Assembly: GCF_009834535.1 (NCBI RefSeq)
Contig: NC_045697.1
Span: 109,556,001-109,620,000, forward strand
Direction of reading: 5' to 3'
From: Camelus ferus
Taxonomy: Eukaryota
DNA length: 64,000 nt
The position numbers were made by a program, and so were the translations under genes. This document shows, in pieces, positions 62,038 to 64,000 of this stretch. Numbering within the stretch: the stretch's first letter is position 1; the number at the start of each line of letters is the position of its first letter. A model generated the notes under the pieces. The model was not told where the DNA came from. It worked only from the letters and a program-made list of their open reading frames with translations, and did no database searches.

Positions 62038-62149
62038 AGGTTGGAGGGGGCTGTGGGGTGGCGGGGTCGGGGTGGGGGTGGTGTGGACTCAAGCATCCCG
62101 GTTCTCGTTCCGCTGCCCCGCGACCCCCACCCAGGTCCCAGCAATCTTT

Positions 62150-63010
62150 TCTGACCCGGGCCCGGCACGAGGCTGCTGTCAGGGCAGGACCTCGGTGACG
62201 GTCACCTGACCGAGCCCGCGGGGAGGGGTGGAGGTGCCGTTGTGTCCCTGGTCACAGGAGCCAGGCGCACTCGGCGGAGCGGGTGGTCCCCGCCCACCGG
62301 GAGAAGGAGGCGCCGGCCGCACGCACTGCTCTCTGCAGGTTCTCCTGGGCGCGGGCGGGTCCCGACCCGAGGCGGCAGAAGGCGCGGCCGCCCAGGTACG
62401 TCGTGTGGAAAGCGCGCTCCGCGGGCCTCGTAGCTCCGCCGCCGTCCCCGGTCGGGAGGGCAGGCGGGGCCGGAGGGTGCCAGCGGCGCGGATGCGGGCG
62501 CCAGGGGTCTCTGCTCCCCGATCGGTGGCACCCGGGGTCCCAGTCTCGCGACTCGGGTACGGGGGAGGCGGCGCGGGCGCTGGGGTGGCGGGAGCACCCG
62601 GTCCCCAGGCCGTCGACGCTCCCGCAGTCCTGTCTGCGCGGCCCCGCGCGTGGATGTGGACACCCGCCCGGTGGAGGCGAGCCCGGGGGAGAAGCAGGAG
62701 CCGCCCAGAGGGGACGGGGCGCGGCCCAGGTACGCCCAGCCCTTGGCGTCCCGGTGCCCGCCGGCCGCGGCGGGGCCCAGCGCCCTCCAGCCTCCAAGGG
62801 GGTGGCCGCGGGGCGCTTCCGAGGGCTCCAGGCGGCCGCATCCCGGAGGCGGGAGTGGGCAGTGGCTCGGCCTCCCCTTAGGGCCGCCCTCTCGCTGGCG
62901 GCTCTGTGCGCCCTGGCCGCCTCCGTCCTCGTCCCCCCGAGCGGCGATGGCGGGGATCAGGTAGAGGCTTTCCAGGTTGCACAGGCGCGTCCTGCTGGGG
63001 GTGCGTCTGC
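62150..63010 (+). promoter_or_regulatory. TLR2: CpG island, probable promoter/non-coding first exon of functional TLR2
   Basis: Very high GC and CpG density, GC boxes, candidate donors CAG|GTACG at 62396 and 62730; identity inferred from mammalian TMEM131L-TLR2 synteny, CDS not in window. Confidence 0.72.
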
Positions 63011-64000
63011 GCTCACTGGTTACCCCTGGGGCCGAACTGTGAAAGGTAGATTTCGGCCACCAGGGTTCAGAAGTGGGACAGGGTCAAGATCCCGTTCTGC
63101 CCAGGACTCTTCTCTCCCCTATTCAGAGCCTGGCCTCTGCTCCAGGGTGGGCTTCACACCCGCTGCCGTTACAACTTCTTCAACTTCTATAAATGAGAAC
63201 TTGTGTTTAGAACTTAGAAGCCGCCAGCCAGGATGTTTTTCCTGTTGGGAGGGTGGTTGCGGGGGAAGGGCTGGGAGACAAAGGAAACTGATCCGGATGT
63301 AAACAAATCAGCCTGGTGAGGTGCTTGTAATCTTGCAGAAGGTCTTGTCTGCACTATGACTAACTCAGATTTTTACCAAAAAGCAACTGGTAGATAAGAT
63401 GGCCTGACTTGAAAGTACTCCCCACTTTCCAAAAAAGGGGCAAACATCCTTTCAAAAAATGACTTGTTCACCAATATTTTAAGTTTGTTCCTTTTTTCAA
63501 AAAGCAGAGAGCATTTGTATCTTTAAACTTTTTATAATGCACCTATTACGTAACTTGCCGGATGTTGACAACATATTTTGGAAGTTTCTAAGCTGTCAGT
63601 TAATTTTTTTCATTATTGTATTTAAGAATTTGGCATGCTTGGTTAAATATCTTGTTTTGATTTTAGTGATGGAGCATAATTTATTGTATGTGACATCCTG
63701 AGTGTAACCTCCTTATAAAGACCTTTTAGTAAATCTAAATTGTATTCATCCTCCCAAATAGGCTTACTTGTCAAAATTGTTTTTATCTTCACAATATCAT
63801 TTAAAATTTACATAACTTTTTCCTCATACCAAAAAGCCTCATCCGGGTTTCTGAGCGTTGTTTTTTTTCTTATCTATCATTACATTAAAAAATTCAATTA
63901 TTGCTTCTTGTTGCCTACTCTTACCAGGTTTATTTTCCATATTGCTGAAGAACATGTTTTCGGTTACTTCTTTCAGTGAGGGTCTGTGGATAAAAATTCT

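Noticed and set aside
62179..63302. Several long overlapping ORFs (up to 339 aa)
   Set aside because: Arg/Gly/Pro/Ala-rich on both strands, as expected from stop-codon scarcity in a CpG island

Overview
Mammalian genomic DNA, probably camelid judging from the tRNA-derived SINE and L1 3' ends; nothing here is prokaryotic. Bases 1-35.9 kb hold the last 14 coding exons of TMEM131L (KIAA0922) on the + strand, with GT-AG junctions and phases checked by hand, a stop at 35104-35106 and three AATAAA signals. About 20 kb of repeat-rich intergenic DNA follows (L1, L2, MIR, MaLR/ERV LTRs). A TLR2-like pseudogene lies at about 55.8-60.0 kb (+), and the CpG island at about 62.1-63.0 kb is probably the promoter/first exon of functional TLR2, whose CDS is outside the window. 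Main observations: (1) the pseudogene is a mosaic of a decayed, AT-rich, TE-interrupted LRR region and a nearly intact GC-rich LRRCT-TM-TIR tract, suggesting recent gene conversion from TLR2; (2) TMEM131L exon 30682-30803 has a +1 frameshift (extra A near 30762) giving a premature stop in the next exon; (3) part of TMEM131L exon 2918-3462 is an ~85% GC CpG-island-like stretch encoding Ala/Gly-rich sequence; (4) kB-consensus decamers lie upstream of both TLR2 copies. I found no evidence of a wholly new biological system. Comparisons with human proteins and repeat consensus sequences are from memory and need alignment.
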